DNA of 64,000 nt from Fimbriosthenelais zetlandica (Eukaryota), in NCBI GenBank assembly GCA_977030845.1, contig OZ365111.1, forward strand, positions 9,052,001 to 9,116,000. The letters run 5' to 3'. Of this stretch, positions 46,758 through 61,544 are shown one piece after another. Positions within the stretch are counted from its first letter, which is position 1. Each line of letters begins with the position of its first letter. Position numbers and translations under genes: made by a program. The notes under the pieces are model-generated. The model was given only the letters and a program-made list of their open reading frames with translations. It made no database searches and had not been told where the DNA came from.

Positions 46758-48829
46758 GTATGCAAACTATTTGATTCTTATAAATTCAAGATTTAAAAAA
46801 TTACCACAAATCATTCTTACTGTGTATGCAGGTCCACTTCAGGTGCCACTAACTCTAAAATATCAGTTGCTGAGTGTCAAATACCAACTACGTAAAGTAT
46901 GCACCGAAACTGTGAGAAATATTGTTGTCTTATCTCTAAGAGGGATGTTTGCTGTTCAAATTATGAGAGGAGACTTGAATAGAATATAACAAGACCTATC
47001 CATATAAGGAAGCATGAGAAACTTACTAAAAAAAACAACATGACCACATAACGCTCATGTTTGTAGGGTGGGGTTAGGTTCGTGCTGTAATATCATGATA
47101 AGTTTCTATTTTGTGATTTGACTGAGACCTTATAGCCGCATCATATATAACGTGTTATCTGGTACTTACAATATGTGCTCTAATACCTATCACCATGTCT
47201 CCATGAACTCTACTTCTATACTATATGTATGCTACATGCAACGCCCCTTCCATTGTCTGATAAAGGGGCTTTTAGGTATGTTACAGTAGTGGGCTGTTTT
47301 CAGGTAATATAATGGAACTAGCGACGGGCATAAAACCATTGTTGAGGACCTAATAGCATCAGATTTTTGTCTGTGAGGCCAGAGAAAGTAACGTTATTTT
47401 TCCATACTGGTTTCGTGGATAACAAAGGTAATGGAAGTTATGTTTTTGTTTAATCCCAGACCAATTTAATCAGGTTTTCTGTTTTTGAAGGAGTCCCGAT
47501 TTTTATATGGATTTATGAACCTAGAATCAGACTGATGTTTATATGTACTCAAAGCATTGAGTATGTGTAGGTGAGAAGAACAGGTGTATTCACCAGCTAT
47601 TGATTGTACCTTCAATATATTATCATTTTGCCAAACCGCTTCAACGAATTTAATCACTGCGGTTACTCACTATTGTGAGTCCCTTTAAATGTCTATACAA
47701 TCATGTACCAGACATTTTTTATCAGGATGCCACACGTTTGAAAAATTAATACAGTTTCATTATCACCCAACATCCCATGGATTGGGTGATTCCTACGGGA
47801 GCGAAAAACACCACATATGGTGTCAAATATGGTTGCAAACTAGGATGTGCTCAGAAAATCTGATCCTAGGAAAATATCCTCAGGAAATTGATGCTCTGAT
47901 TTTGGCTTGAGTTTTGGGGATATTGTTTTGTGCAAACACTTTCACTTCAGCGAATCTGTTAGAAACATCATGGTTTTCATGCTCTCCAGTTTCCATGAAT
48001 TTTATAAGAAACTTTTTAAAAAGCTTGATGTTTATACAAGTAAAATTTTGGCGCATTTAAATGGAAATCATTTGCCTGAATTCACTGCATATCTCCTTAC
48101 TTCATATTTGTTGGTTGGTGATGTGTGAAAAAACGCAGTGAATAGGTGTGGGAAAAGTAAATATTAGAAGAACAGAGGCACAAACCTCGTGCGTCCACCA
48201 TACCATAAAATGTATGATCATTGAGCTTATGAGCTATGATTTTTAGTTGAGTCGTGTCTGGAAAAATGTTAAAAAAACAACTCTAGTTTATGCTATATAA
48301 TATATCCTTTCATTATTTACCCGGAAAGTATTTATTGTAGGTGTTTCCCCTGTCCTAGAATGAAAGTGGGTTCTCATAACATCACTGCCCAATAATTTAT
48401 GCGATATGTTTAATCAGACAGGAAAACCCCTTCATCACCATGTAATATAGAAATTAGATGCCAAGAATAATTTAAATAGATAGGTATACCGTCAAAATGG
48501 AAATCTTTCTCGTAAATGCTTGATAATTGAAGGGTAATATATGGGGTAATATGCACGTATAATAAGACTCGAACTATATATCTCCAATGTAGATTGTGGT
48601 TACCCAGTCCCAGATATTGTCTATTAAACTGTGTCGGATTGGCATAGATTAGTAGCCACTAGTACACTGGTATAGCACTAGGCCGCAGCACCTGTGGAGT
48701 CTGGGCTTGCCTAGAACTGCAGACATGGACTAATATGGCTTGCCACTTCCCCTCATAAGGTCCGAGGCTTCTCTTCTAGGAACATGCGTACTCCTCCCAC
48801 TCTTACTCATACAACTCCTATGCCCAACC

Positions 48830-48843
48830 GTTGCCATGGCAAC
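48830..48843. promoter_or_regulatory. RFX X-box (perfect palindrome)
   Basis: GTTGCCATGGCAAC read directly, in a locally GC-richer patch. Confidence 0.6.
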
Positions 48844-51800
48844 TGGGTCACTGGGCCTGTTCATCTCCAACTCACTGGAGGAGTGTACATCTTTCACACT
48901 GGAGGAATACCCAGGTGCTGAATAACTTGCGTACATTTATATTTATTTGACTTACAGTAAATAACACCTGGAGATATTATCTAAAAACTTAGGGGATAAT
49001 CACTGGATTTCTTCACATTTTTTTAAATGCTTCAAATTTATATTCAGTGACTGATTACAACTTGAACCCAGTACTAGAGGAGGGTTGTCTAGGTATGTAT
49101 GTTGAAGGAGAACCTTGGTGGAAACTGTCTGGATGTCTGACCATGGGATTAACTCTCCATCCTCAACATATCTACTCCTGCAACTCAAAAACTTTTCCAG
49201 AACTTTTTCATACAGTCTTTCCCCCTATTAATCTTGATCAGACTGGCACATGAGAGATCATTCTGAAAAGTGGATTTCTTCACAATGTTTCAGCCGTGAG
49301 TTGGTTGTGTTTACATACCATCAGACTAGGAGAGACTCGCACTCGGTGGTCTTATATGGTCCGCTAAATGGTTCACACACAAGAAGGGCATTAGGATCAT
49401 CATTAGCCTATTTACCTACATAGTCCTGGAATAAGCTGCTAAAATCAGCAGTCTGCCCTGAAACCCTTGTGATATTTGGGTTAGTAGGTGTGAAGTTAAT
49501 TTCAAGTGGCGGGAGGCCAGCATGGGAAGAGAAGGTTTTCTAGGAACATTCTTTCTGTGTATCATCTATTCTCCTTGAGTATTGGATACATACAAACATA
49601 AAGGATTACAGATATTAATATTACATCTCAGCTTATAATGTTGAATAAGGCACTAAATCCTCTGACAATAACAGATTTACAGATTTAAAATATCCATTTT
49701 AGATACTTACAAACTTGTGATATTAGTACACAATGGATATAAGACAAATACTTTTTGTCTTTCCTAAAACAAAAAAATAACCATTTTGAACTATATATGA
49801 GTGAACTTCTGGCCAATATGACCTTGGCCAGACACATTGTATGAAGTCAGCCTGGTCCATTAGAACAACTATATTTAGTCCTGGAAAAAAATAATGGCAC
49901 ACTCGCTAGATAAAACTTTCTTTGTTTCAGGCGACCTTGGTTAGCCTTGATTCATCCAGAAGGAGTAAAATCTAGTATTTCTTTGGGGAAAATGAACCTA
50001 CAGTGATCCATACATGCATATTATTGTCGCATATTTTAAAGTTCAATATTGAAGCAAGTGAAATTAAATATTAATTTTGGAGAAGCCTCACCATCTGAGC
50101 AGACATTATTTTGTCTCCATTGCTTCTATGAGTAAAATGTCATTTTACTCTAGCATTGCTTCAAGTACTTCCCCTCATCCTCCAAATTATTTTTTTGTAG
50201 CCGAGAGCATATTTAAACTACAGGCTTCAATTAAACAAAGCTGAACCTGATGGATAAACGATGTTCATTTATATTAATTCAAAGCCTCTGGTGCTAAATT
50301 CCTGCATAGATCACTAATATTACCTTCTAAGAATATATTACTGACTATGTAATTAAGAGTTAATGTCCATATTGGAAGGTGACAAGAAGAGGACAAGTGG
50401 TACATGTCCATGTATAATTATCATGTACTATTGTGGGTCCAGACACACGTACACCTATATAGAGGTCTATATGACTTGACCAAGGTGGTGTTTCCTCTCT
50501 CATTCACTCAATCATCCAGCCACCTGAGCATCCCTTCCAGGCCCTGGCTTTTAGCAGAGGCCAGTCGTACTTCCCAGGCCTGTGTAGACTTGATCACTAA
50601 CTCATATTTCTTCTCCATTGCTCACAAGACCAATTTTGCCTTTACACATCCCTGGATGAGACTGCCCGGGAAATCAACTAAAACATGCCTCTAAATGAAT
50701 TGGTCTGACGAAGCTGATCTGCTCCTGCTCAAATTTATTATAATTAGCACCTCGGAGGAATTGATAATAATTGTAGAGAACCAAGCACGACTCTCAGACT
50801 CTTTGTTGGGTAGGGAAAGAAAGACAGACGCAGAGAGAGCGCACTCGGCAGTGGTCGGTGCGAAATGAAGCACTAGTAATCAGAGTTGTCTGCTTCCGTC
50901 ATAAAAAAAGAAGGGAAAAGAAAGATTCTTCGTCATCCAAATGTCGTCTGCGCTGAGAGAAACGCGAGAAGCAAATCTGCTGAAGTCTGGTGTATTTATC
51001 CTATCTACCTAACTATCCGTGGATTTAGTCTGATTCATTGGGAGATTAATTTACTGTCTCGTCAATTGTACCAAAGGATCCGATTGTAACATATTCTAAG
51101 GATCATAATATTTCCAAAGTGAATGATTAAATAACATTCGGAGAATTGAATACAGAAAGTGGAAGTTATCATAGATCTCTTGGAATATTGTTCTATACGA
51201 TTAATGATATTGGTCGTCTGATATAGTATCCGCCAGTCAGTTCAAGAGGAGCGGCAATCAATATATGACTGAAGGAAATATCCAAGATAAATATTGATAC
51301 CAAGAACCATGTTGCTGGAGAAATGGCCGCACGCTTACTATAACAGGCGCGTCTCTCAACTGGACCTGACATGCAGATCTTTACCAGGAGGGACATGTTC
51401 CATTAGAGTTAACATTTTGAGTCTTTAATGGAAAAGCTGAAATCCACTGGATCTGGCAGAGAAATCTTTAAAAACTGAACTATATCCAGGACTTATTCCA
51501 TTGGTCTTTATTGACAGTTTTTCACACTAGAAGAAGCCTGATTGAAGACAATTTTCAATAAGAAAAATATTAACAGGAAAAAGCAAAGGCATTGTATTAG
51601 CAATTGTCCACATTCCTAAATATGGAATAAGAGGACCCAATGATTCATGTTCACGGGGAGAGGCGTTTAAAGCGAATTATCAGCTGTTTCTAGGAGCAGT
51701 GTTATCAGTAATATTGTGATATTTATAAACATAAGGGTGATGCCTGTATTGATTGGATACATGTGGTAATATAGGGGGAAATCATCATCCACTATCATGA

Positions 51801-54800
51801 GGAATATATTCACACTGGAGGGGATTAGACAGCGCACTCAAGATGGGCTGGATCAGCATCCCCTCATCCGCTGGTGTAGGGACAAAAAACGGTGAGATTA
51901 TCATCACATTTATTCTTTATATCCACCCATTTCTCCTTCAGGAATTATCATTAAATTGTGAAATGATTGATGAGTTATGAATGAGAATGGGTTAAAGTTT
52001 AACTAACCTTGTATGCAGCTTATTCTGAGGGTTTCCCTTGTTTTTCTGTTTTCTGTTAATAACTTCTCCGACCGAAATAATTTAACTTAAAATAAGGTAA
52101 TCATAAAAATAACAACAGCCTAAATAATTATAAAAGTCAAATGATCAATTATTAAAAGCTCATACGTTATTAAAGTGGTAAGAATGGAAAAAAAGAAAAT
52201 TAAAATGATTTTCTTTTAGTCAGAATATTTGTACAGCAAAAAGTAATTATAGGCTCACGGAGCAGACATTAGAAATGAGAGTCAAATCCTAATACATGTA
52301 TTCTGATATGTCACACCTTCTGGGAATATAAGATTTTGTAATCAACCCCATCTTAGGGACAAACGAATATTCAGAAGTGGATTGTTTGTTTAATATGTTA
52401 TATACAGACGACAACTGCTTATTTAATACACACAGGGAATATAAACTTTAATCATTTTTCGCATTTCATCGTAAATTGAAAACATCATTCAGCCTTTGTT
52501 AAATAGTAATTATAAAGAGTGAATAGCACGGGTTTAGAAAGAAAGAGATTTTATCAAATTATTTAAGGATCCAGACCTTCATAAACTGAGAATTAATGAC
52601 CGTGACCGAAATACACCTCCCATTATCTCATGGTTAAATATCCCTGTTTACACTGCTGTGACCGCATCCATAAGGAAGCTGATACTATTTTATGAAGGAG
52701 TTGCTATAATAAGCCTGTCCATAAATATCCACAGACCTGCTTATAGAAGGTGGTAAATATTCTTTATTTGACTGGCATGTACATATAAGATAAATGTATC
52801 ATACGGTACCATTTAATTAGCTACATTCAATACACACTCTTTCCACTGTCCTGGAATATGAAAAAAAGAGAAGAAAATGTACTATATAAACTTGAACCAT
52901 GTAAAATGTCTTCTTATAGTAATCATATATTCTGTTTATTGAAATGGGTGCTGAAAAAGCTCGGGCAACATTGTGGTGGCTAAAGAGCCTTTTGCCCTTT
53001 TATGGTATTCAAATAGTATTTGTAGATAAACTTGATTGACCACAGTTCTAACCACAACACAGACATGACTGTTGTTTTCATTCCAACCCTAAACCTGGCC
53101 ATTGTCATGTATGGGATATTCTCTTTGTATAGGGATCCATTCCTCCACTTTGTGGCCACTGTTGCCATTCTCCTCGGCTTTTCTCTCTCTCCCCATGTTT
53201 TCCCAAGCCACGACCCAAGGCGAACCCAAATGTTTGCATTGAGAGAGAAATGTGATAGAGCCCTCTGTTTTCTAAACGCCAAAATTGTTCCATTGTTATC
53301 TCAAGTCTTCTTTGATCTCTGCAAAATATTGAGTGTCATTTCCATTTTATAACAGTTCATTTTACTGTAGAAAAAATTAGGATACGCTAACAAAGAATTC
53401 TATGAGGCAAATTTGTCTCAGTGCAATTTGATACCGTAGATTTGAAGCACATATTTATGGAGATAATTTATTAGGCCTTAATGAGATTGTCCCCTGGATC
53501 CTGGTAATTTCATGGCTATAAAAAGATGGGGTACCTGCACTGAGGACAAGACTAAATAAACCTGACTCATTACATCAGTATTGTAAACAGGCTGATATTT
53601 ATGATTATGATAATGATCAGATAATAATCAAAACACAGCTGGTATCTATTGTTCTTGATCCTAATCAGAAACTTTCCACCTATCTGTCCTTTGCTATCAT
53701 GCAATATATAATGCTCCTGATAGTACAACGTTGAATAATGTCTCGTCGCTTTAAAAAAGGAATTCTCTTCCTTCCAAGATCTGACTTGTCAATACTTGAG
53801 TGTCTGATAAAGGAATACGGTGACGATTCCATGAAAACTTGAGAGTGTCGGGCGAAGTGTCCTCTTGTTCACTTCTTTGAAAATATATTTAGCTTGACGC
53901 CTATTTGTTTAGCAAATTTGCACGTGATGTAGCTGAAATCAATTAAACGTAAAAGCAAAAATGTGAAGTAACATTACACTTTGATGTCGGGAAATGATGG
54001 ACTTCCTTGTCCATGAAAATCCGGATCCTTTTTTCTGTGATGTCATAACGATAGGTTATAGGGATTCATATTTATGTTGCTTGCTTCAATATGATAGCAT
54101 AATTTACAAGCTTTTAATTTCATTACAGCAGTCATTTGATAACTATTAAACTTCTAGGTTATAATCAAATGAATCGAAATTAATAATTTATTATTTTAAA
54201 TGGTGTGACGTAGCAGGTATGGTTGGAGTTTTGGTGAGTCGATCGTACCATAAGTAAAGAGGGAATAAATTATATTTAGTTATACATTTTTTTTAAATAT
54301 AGGGCCATTTAAGACCATAGTTGGCTCAATAATGGAGGTAATAGTTCTTTTTTTTGGTGGTTTTATGGGGAAACACTGGAGTTGGTTGTTTGTCCTTGGC
54401 AGAGAACAAGGATGTTGTAAGTAGATTGTGTGGGTCGTGTTCTATGAAGGCTGGTATTTGTCATTCTGATATGAGAGGATTATGGTCAACCTCCACCGAC
54501 ATCGCTACCCCGAGATCAAGATCCTCTACATAAGAGGGTAGGTTAATATACACTTAATAAATTACCCTTCAGATAGCACAATTGTATATAAATTATATGG
54601 GATACTGATCTTATTTAACAGGGTATAATGTAGCCGGTATCGTATCGCATTCTGCGATGTAATTTGAAGTATTTGTGATATCAATTTGGCATCGCAATTT
54701 TTACGATACATGTTATCTGCATTCTTCTGGTGGCAAAAGAGAATTTGCTATGCAAAATCAACTTTGTCATAAGAATCCATCATGTTTTTCGAAGTAAATT

Positions 54801-56581
54801 ATTATACCCTGATTAATATAATATATTGTCCATATTTCTTTTTCCTCATATCTTATTTATCTCTACAGTAGACCTATAATAATTACCGGTATATTACCTG
54901 GATAAAAAAAATATTAGCCCATATACATGGATTAAATGTCCATAGATGCTCTTGTATGTTATAGTCTAGCATTGATTAGACCTATAAATGAATAATGCAA
55001 GCTGGTACATTTAGCAACAAAGGCGGGGCTATACTGAGGTACTTAGTTCGGACATAAAGAGGCCAGGTTGAACCGGACCATCTCTGTGTACATAATGTAC
55101 AGAGAGTGAGGGCACCAAAAGGCAATGAGATCAATGATCCAAACACATACTCAGGTTATCTCGGTACAAGCTACACTGCAAAAAAAAAAGATCATCTTAA
55201 TATAATAGTCTACTCAAAGTACAAAGATAGGTTCTTATATAGGGGTGTCCAGAATTGTTATCCTACCCTTTGGGATTGGATGAAGGAACGGATCCTGTGC
55301 CAACGTTCTCTGGATCTAACCTAGAGGTTCTGGACCATTTCCTAGTACATACAATACATGAAAGAATATTTTTAATATATATAAAGGAATTGATAATGAT
55401 TTGTGGTAAAAGGCATTGTTCTCAGTCTTTGATTGCTCACAGAAAGAGTTTCCATTTAGCGCATCATTTTGGAGGCAAATACTTTTATTAGAAGTATTCC
55501 CAGTAAATGAGAAACTGATCATTGTGCTACCTTCAGGAGCCTTTGTCATGGAAACGCTGAGGGCTGACTGCTTGTTGGGTGGTATGGGATGATCTGAATA
55601 TGGAAAGGTTAGATGAAAAGGCCGATTGTCTGCCAGGCCTGCCAACTTGGCCAGTCTGAAGGTGATGTCTGAAGCACCTATAATAGTAGTGGTGCACTGG
55701 CAGTACGTGTACCTACTCCTAAAGTGCTGATCAGGTACATATTATCCTAACCCCAGACTCCCCCCACCCACCCCCACCCCACTATACATACACCAGCCAT
55801 CCCATACCCATACATGTATAATATCAATGGGTTCTGGGGAAAATCAAGCTTCTAATACCTGTATTTTTTCCTGATATATTTTGATGAAATTTCGCATAAA
55901 AATTCCCAGGGAAATGACTCCCTGGTGATCTTGAGTCTGTTAGGAGAAATGTGTTGAATGCCAACTTGCCTAGTTTATGGTGCTGTATTGTGGTGTTTTG
56001 GTAACCAGAGGCAATAATTGCCCGTGCTGGATCTTGATATTAGCATCAGCTTTTAATGTCCCCTGGAGAAATAGCAGCTAAAAGCTGGTGTGAGATGATC
56101 TGTTGGCGTGACTCGGGCCTGCCGACATGGACCATATCTTCACACTCTACCTCCCACTGCATCTAGCTGTACAGTGCACCCTCCTCCCCACACCGCCCCT
56201 TATCATTGTGAAATATTAATCTTCCACAGTTGTTATTTAAGCATCAGATCTTAATTCCATTACGTTGTGTGGAAAATAAGGAAGGGTTGATCTCCCATCT
56301 GTGGAACTAGATCTATCATCCTAAATTTAAATTTTCGGTTTAATTATCATAAATGATAAAGGAATGATAGATTGTCATTTCCATCCCACCAGCACCCAAT
56401 TGTGTCCTGGAAGGAACAAAATGGGTTTAAACCTTTATTCGACTAAGGTATTTTATTTTTAGACACCATTAAAATATACAGAATATTGACTGATGGGTCA
56501 TTTGCTTTTGGCATGACAGTTGGTAGCCCTTTGTTTATTTCGTTTTGACTTTCTGACCTTATCATGGCAAACAATACCTTT

Positions 56582-56689
56582 GTTACCATGGCAACATATG
56601 TAACTGTTGAGATCACAGGTGAAACAGGTGTTTTGTACTAAATGCTCGAGATGAGCTCCAGGCATCTTGGATGCGGTTGCCATAGATAC
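56582..56689. promoter_or_regulatory. Pair of RFX X-boxes
   Basis: GTTACCATGGCAAC (56582-56595) and GTTGCCATAGATAC (56676-56689). Confidence 0.55.
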
Positions 56690-57777
56690 TACTTAGTGAC
56701 TCACTACTGGAGTTTGATGAGGATGCTCTGATGATATCTGGGCACATTTTCTTCCCTGTGTCTGTGATTTGTCTTGGGGAAAATTCTTTTGAATTTTACG
56801 AGAGAGAGACATTTGAGAAGATCATATTTTGGAGATCCATCGTCATTCCTTTAATATACAATCTTTTTGATTAAGGTTTTTTGACTTCGCAGTTGACTAG
56901 TTTAGTAAAAAAAAAAAAAAATGAAGGAAAGGGATGATTTCTTATCAGAGTTGTTTTTAAACAAGGATTTGATCGCATTTTGAGAGGTGGGAGTCAGGCC
57001 CAGGTGCTTCCCCATGATGGTTAGTCACTCCTGGAATATGGCCACTTTCTTCCTGCTGCTAAGCAGCCATAAAACTTACACAGAAGACACGCCCTTTCAC
57101 TTGATAAAATTGTTTAGTGACTTGCTCAAAGGTTCTATCTTTTTTTTCAATATTAATATGGAACCGACCATTAAGTTTTACTTCTGGATTGCTCCGGTTT
57201 TAGGCCAATTACTGGGCTAAATATTTTTAGGGGATATGGATAGAATGCATTTCATTGTGCATCCAGAGAGATGCTACGGAGATGAGGTTTCATAACAAGC
57301 TTGTGGCGCAGTTACATGTTCCTCCTGTGGCTCCGCATAATGCATCGCAGTTGGTCAGTCTCTAGGATTTATCTTGTGTTCTTGCGCTGAGTACTAATCA
57401 GCAATATTTCCAGACCCTGCGATGGCTGGTCTTGATTAATTTTCTCAGAATAATTTTCTCAGAGATGGCAGATTGGGATGATATGTTATAATATATCCCA
57501 TGCAGTCAAAGACCATTGATCAGCTCTTTTGTCAATATTATTGGCAGTGGCACCTTGAATATAAATGCATGTAATTGCGTTCCTATAGCCTTTGGTTTCT
57601 TGGAAAACTTGTTTGCAATCCCTTAGTTTTTTATGCCATACATGATTTGGTTATTGTCAGGGAATTCTTTTGATTTAACGAGTTTCCGATCTGTATTTTT
57701 TCATCAAAATAATTGGGCATAACTCCAAGTGATGCTTGCATAGATATTTTAGCTGCTTCTTGACTCTTCACCACAAT

Positions 57778-57815
57778 CCCCCCCCCCCCCCCCTCCCATC
57801 TCTCCCCCCTCCCCC
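57778..57815. repeat. Poly-C / C-rich tract
   Basis: C16 (57778-57793) followed by further C runs. Confidence 0.9.
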
Positions 57816-57845
57816 CTCTGTCTCTCTGGCGCACAAAATGCGATG

Positions 57846-57873
57846 GTTGCCAAGGTAATGTTACCATGGGAAC
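57846..57873. promoter_or_regulatory. Directly adjacent tandem X-box-like motifs
   Basis: GTTGCCAAGGTAAT immediately followed by GTTACCATGGGAAC. Confidence 0.5.
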
Positions 57874-60800
57874 GGAATTCCCTGGGCTGCTGACGGATAC
57901 TTGCCTATTTAGAGGCCAGTTGATAACACAAAGAGATATGTATATCTTGGGGTTTTAACCGAATTAGTACGGGATCTTCATACGTTGCAACCCCAGCTAG
58001 TGCTTTTCTAACTGTGGCATCTAAAAAAGCTTTCTATGAAATTGGTTACACATTACATTTAATAAAATTTAAAGACCAATTTGATCATCCTTTACCCCTG
58101 AAGTAACAAGAGAAACATTGCAGTTCAATTGATAAAGTAATAAATTAATAAAATAACTTTATATTATAATTGATCAAATGAGGAGTCTTCAAGGCAAAAC
58201 AAATTAAAGTCTAACTGAGGTGTCCTCAAGATGAGCCCATTGGATTCTTCACCTTAATGACCTGAATACTAGACATAGAGACTATTCATGAAAGTCTCTG
58301 CCCTCATTTCTCTGTCAATACCTGTCTGTATAACTCATCCCTCTGTTGACGACTGTAAGCTCTGGTCATCCGAGGACACCAAAAGCAGCAGGGCTTTGTC
58401 TATTACTGTTGCCATGGTAAACACATGCCCTAACTATAGACTCCACCTGGTGAATTCTCTCCACACTTTCCTACTGAATGCGTTGTGCCTTGGTTGAGCA
58501 CTGTGAGTAATCCTGCTTCTGGTATCTGAATTACTCCTCTATGGTTTAAGCAGGTTATAGCCGACCAATCATTTAAAATTTCTCCCATCTGTGCAAATTG
58601 GAGAAGATGGTTTTAATAAGGCTCGGGATAGGATTCAGATATCAAAAGAAAGCAATATTACCAGGATCACATATATAATGTCATTGAAGATCCGTGTTCA
58701 TTTTTTACTGCCACTCCCTGACATGCACATTGTTCTGTGATAAATCTGTTTGGAATATATAGGTGTACGGGATTGCTGAAACGCTCTGAATCATACCAAA
58801 AGACATGACTGACTCAATTGACCATTGTGAATGGCATTGTGTAAAAAGGTTACTGCTTTTCTTGATGGGTGACACATTAGGTTTTCGTCCATGGTATTTG
58901 GCTGTGAGAAAGTTTTTTTCACATGATGGATGAATCTGTCGTTTTCTTGTGAGATAAATAGCTATAGTTTAGGGTACATCTCAAAAGTTCGTACTAAATT
59001 AATATTTAAGTCCCTTTAAAACAGTAGTTGGTGGTCCGAGGCCCACTTTAATTTCTGGGAAAAAAACTGCATGGATATCAGTTACCATGATACTGATTTT
59101 CACACTTTAAGGTAGGAGGTGGGATGGTGGTCTGGCTCCAAATTAAAGGTCTTAAATTAAATTAAAAAAACATGCGAACTTTAGACAGTACCCTTAGGAC
59201 AATATGTGGTCTTTAAAGTCTATAAATACCTAAACTCAGTATAGATCTCTAATATATCCAGTATGACTCATAGATAATGTATAATATAGTAATGACTGTA
59301 TGGAGCTATATTGTGCCTCAGATCTATTGATTGCATTATTGATTGAGCCAGGGAGGTCCCTATTTTATGGTCTGGGATGTACTCTCTGGATATTGGCCTT
59401 GAACCTCAAGTCCTGAGATTTATCCTCTTATGATTCTTGCATCGACAAACTTGGTCCTAGTTCTTAGGCTACAGATCTATGATTTTCAGATGCCATTAAA
59501 ATTATAAATATCAATCCTAAAATACATCTTATGAAAATGGTTTCTGGAGAAATAATCCCTCATTTATTCTTTTCATCACATTTTTTTGGGAGGATGAACA
59601 GATAGATAGTGGCATCCCTTTGATTGGATCAAGGAATTTATAAAACAAATTTTGACAAGGTTGCCTTGGTGCAAGACACACGATGGTGCCTAGAACATCA
59701 TCACATCACAACAACACACTGCTGACCCAGACGGCAGGCTTCCATGTATATATATAGGACATCACAAGCTACCCTCTACCAAAATACTGCTATTCTATAA
59801 ACATTCATAATGACCACCAAATCATTTCACCATCTCTCTTAATGCTAGGATTTAAGCGGCTTCTAGTTCAACCCATGGAATGTTCGTAGCCATAATGATC
59901 CTTCATTTACCGTTTGTCTATACGGGGCCAGTGCCAATGGATTGTGTATGGAATATGTTCTCATAGGACAAAGGGGTGTTGGTGAGATATATCATATATA
60001 GTTACGATTAATCTCCGATGTTAGTATATTTTGGCAGTTAGCATACAGCCCAAGGATTCATTGGGCACTGCTTGCTAAATGTGTATCCCACGGATATGGG
60101 ACATCTTAACCTGGGGACAAACCACAGGCCGTTGGTTTCCAGAGCATGGATGTTGTTCTCCAGTGGCTGCAGAAACTGCCATTGATTGGTTTTGATTTTA
60201 TGCGCTTGATCTCATCTGATAACGGATATATGAGAAATAGGTTGAGCTTACCATAACAAAAATTTGCCCCAGAAAAAGGACTGACCCTTGTCTAAATCTA
60301 TCATTTTATACAATTAAAATAGATTATTTCCCCCAAAAGATCATTTTCCTTCTCAGATAGGACAAGATATAGAAGAATTTTTATGGTTAGCAAAAAGTGC
60401 ACCGAGCTATTGGAAAATGGTCTTTCCGAGGCCAAATTGATGATGCGCAAATGAAAGGTGTGAGGTCAGTGGGGAAGCATTGAAATCCACAGGTGCGTTG
60501 CTTCAGCACCAGACATCCCCACTTTGAGTAAAAATGCATGTGAACCAGGCAGATGAAGCTGGAGAGAAAAGAACTGGAATCAATATTGTTGCACTTGACA
60601 TGCTATCTCCTGCTATCTTTGATGTCCTGAAGGGATTAGACATTCTCTAGTCAATCTTAATGAAATCAATTTTGAAAGGAACAGGTTGGGATGACATTTT
60701 ATTTGTAAATTGTAGGGGATATGGATGCATTCATTCATGGAAAAGTCGCTCACTCATTTTAATTCATGTTCTCATAAATTTGATGTATTTAGAATTATAG

Positions 60801-61544
60801 ACATCTTCATTTGATATAAAATTATATCTAGTTGAAAATTATCTCTTTGAAAATTGTCCACCTTCCTTTATATTTCTTCAAAAGGTAATTACTACATGGG
60901 GTATTCTCAGGTGTATTTTCTCCATGATTCTGCATTATCCCTGAACTAATTTTGGTAATTTCTCCAAATTTAAAGCCTACATCACATCATGGACCTTTTA
61001 GAAAGCTTTATTCTTTAGAACTGAACCATAAACTAGTACGTTGTGTGTCATTTCACTTCCTTTTATATCAGGTGGGACTCTAACTTAAATACAAGCCTGT
61101 TTTAAAAACAATCAAATTTAGGCAAACAAAGCATTGATAGATGTTGCCACCGCCCTATTGATTCATCCCTGTGTTTGAACGTGTCGGCTGTGGACCAGTA
61201 CTTTTTTCTTAGAACTTTTTTTCTGGTTTTTATCAAATCCGTGGAAATATTTTTCCTTGAAGTATTTCCTCCCCCTGATACACCCCCTTGTTTTCTGACA
61301 TTTTCACTGTGAACAACACTACCCTCGACTGTACAAGTTCAGTACATCATCCATCCAAAACTAAAAAGAAATCCTGTTTGGCTAAAAGTAGTCTATATTT
61401 TTAGTCAGTTTCTTGCTCTGAGTAAGAATGTTTCTATGGTTTCTTGGCTATTTGTTTTCGAATAGATGTAGGTATCTTTTCTGTTACCTTGGTTACGTAC
61501 GGGGATGTGACGTGCTCACCGGAGCATGACATGTATGTCAGGGT

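Noticed and set aside
47655-47690. Hairpin ACTCAC-TATT-GTGAGT next to ccctttaa, possibly a Helentron/HINE end
   Set aside because: Single short feature; no matching other end or second copy could be identified by eye.
48740-48925. ORF resembling a signal-peptide protein (…LLPLLLIQLLCPTVAMA…)
   Set aside because: Non-ATG start and no splice support; the VAMAT stretch is simply the translated X-box palindrome.
52980-53352. Overlapping 100-106 aa ORFs on both strands
   Set aside because: No recognisable motif or convincing splice sites; consistent with chance intronic ORFs.
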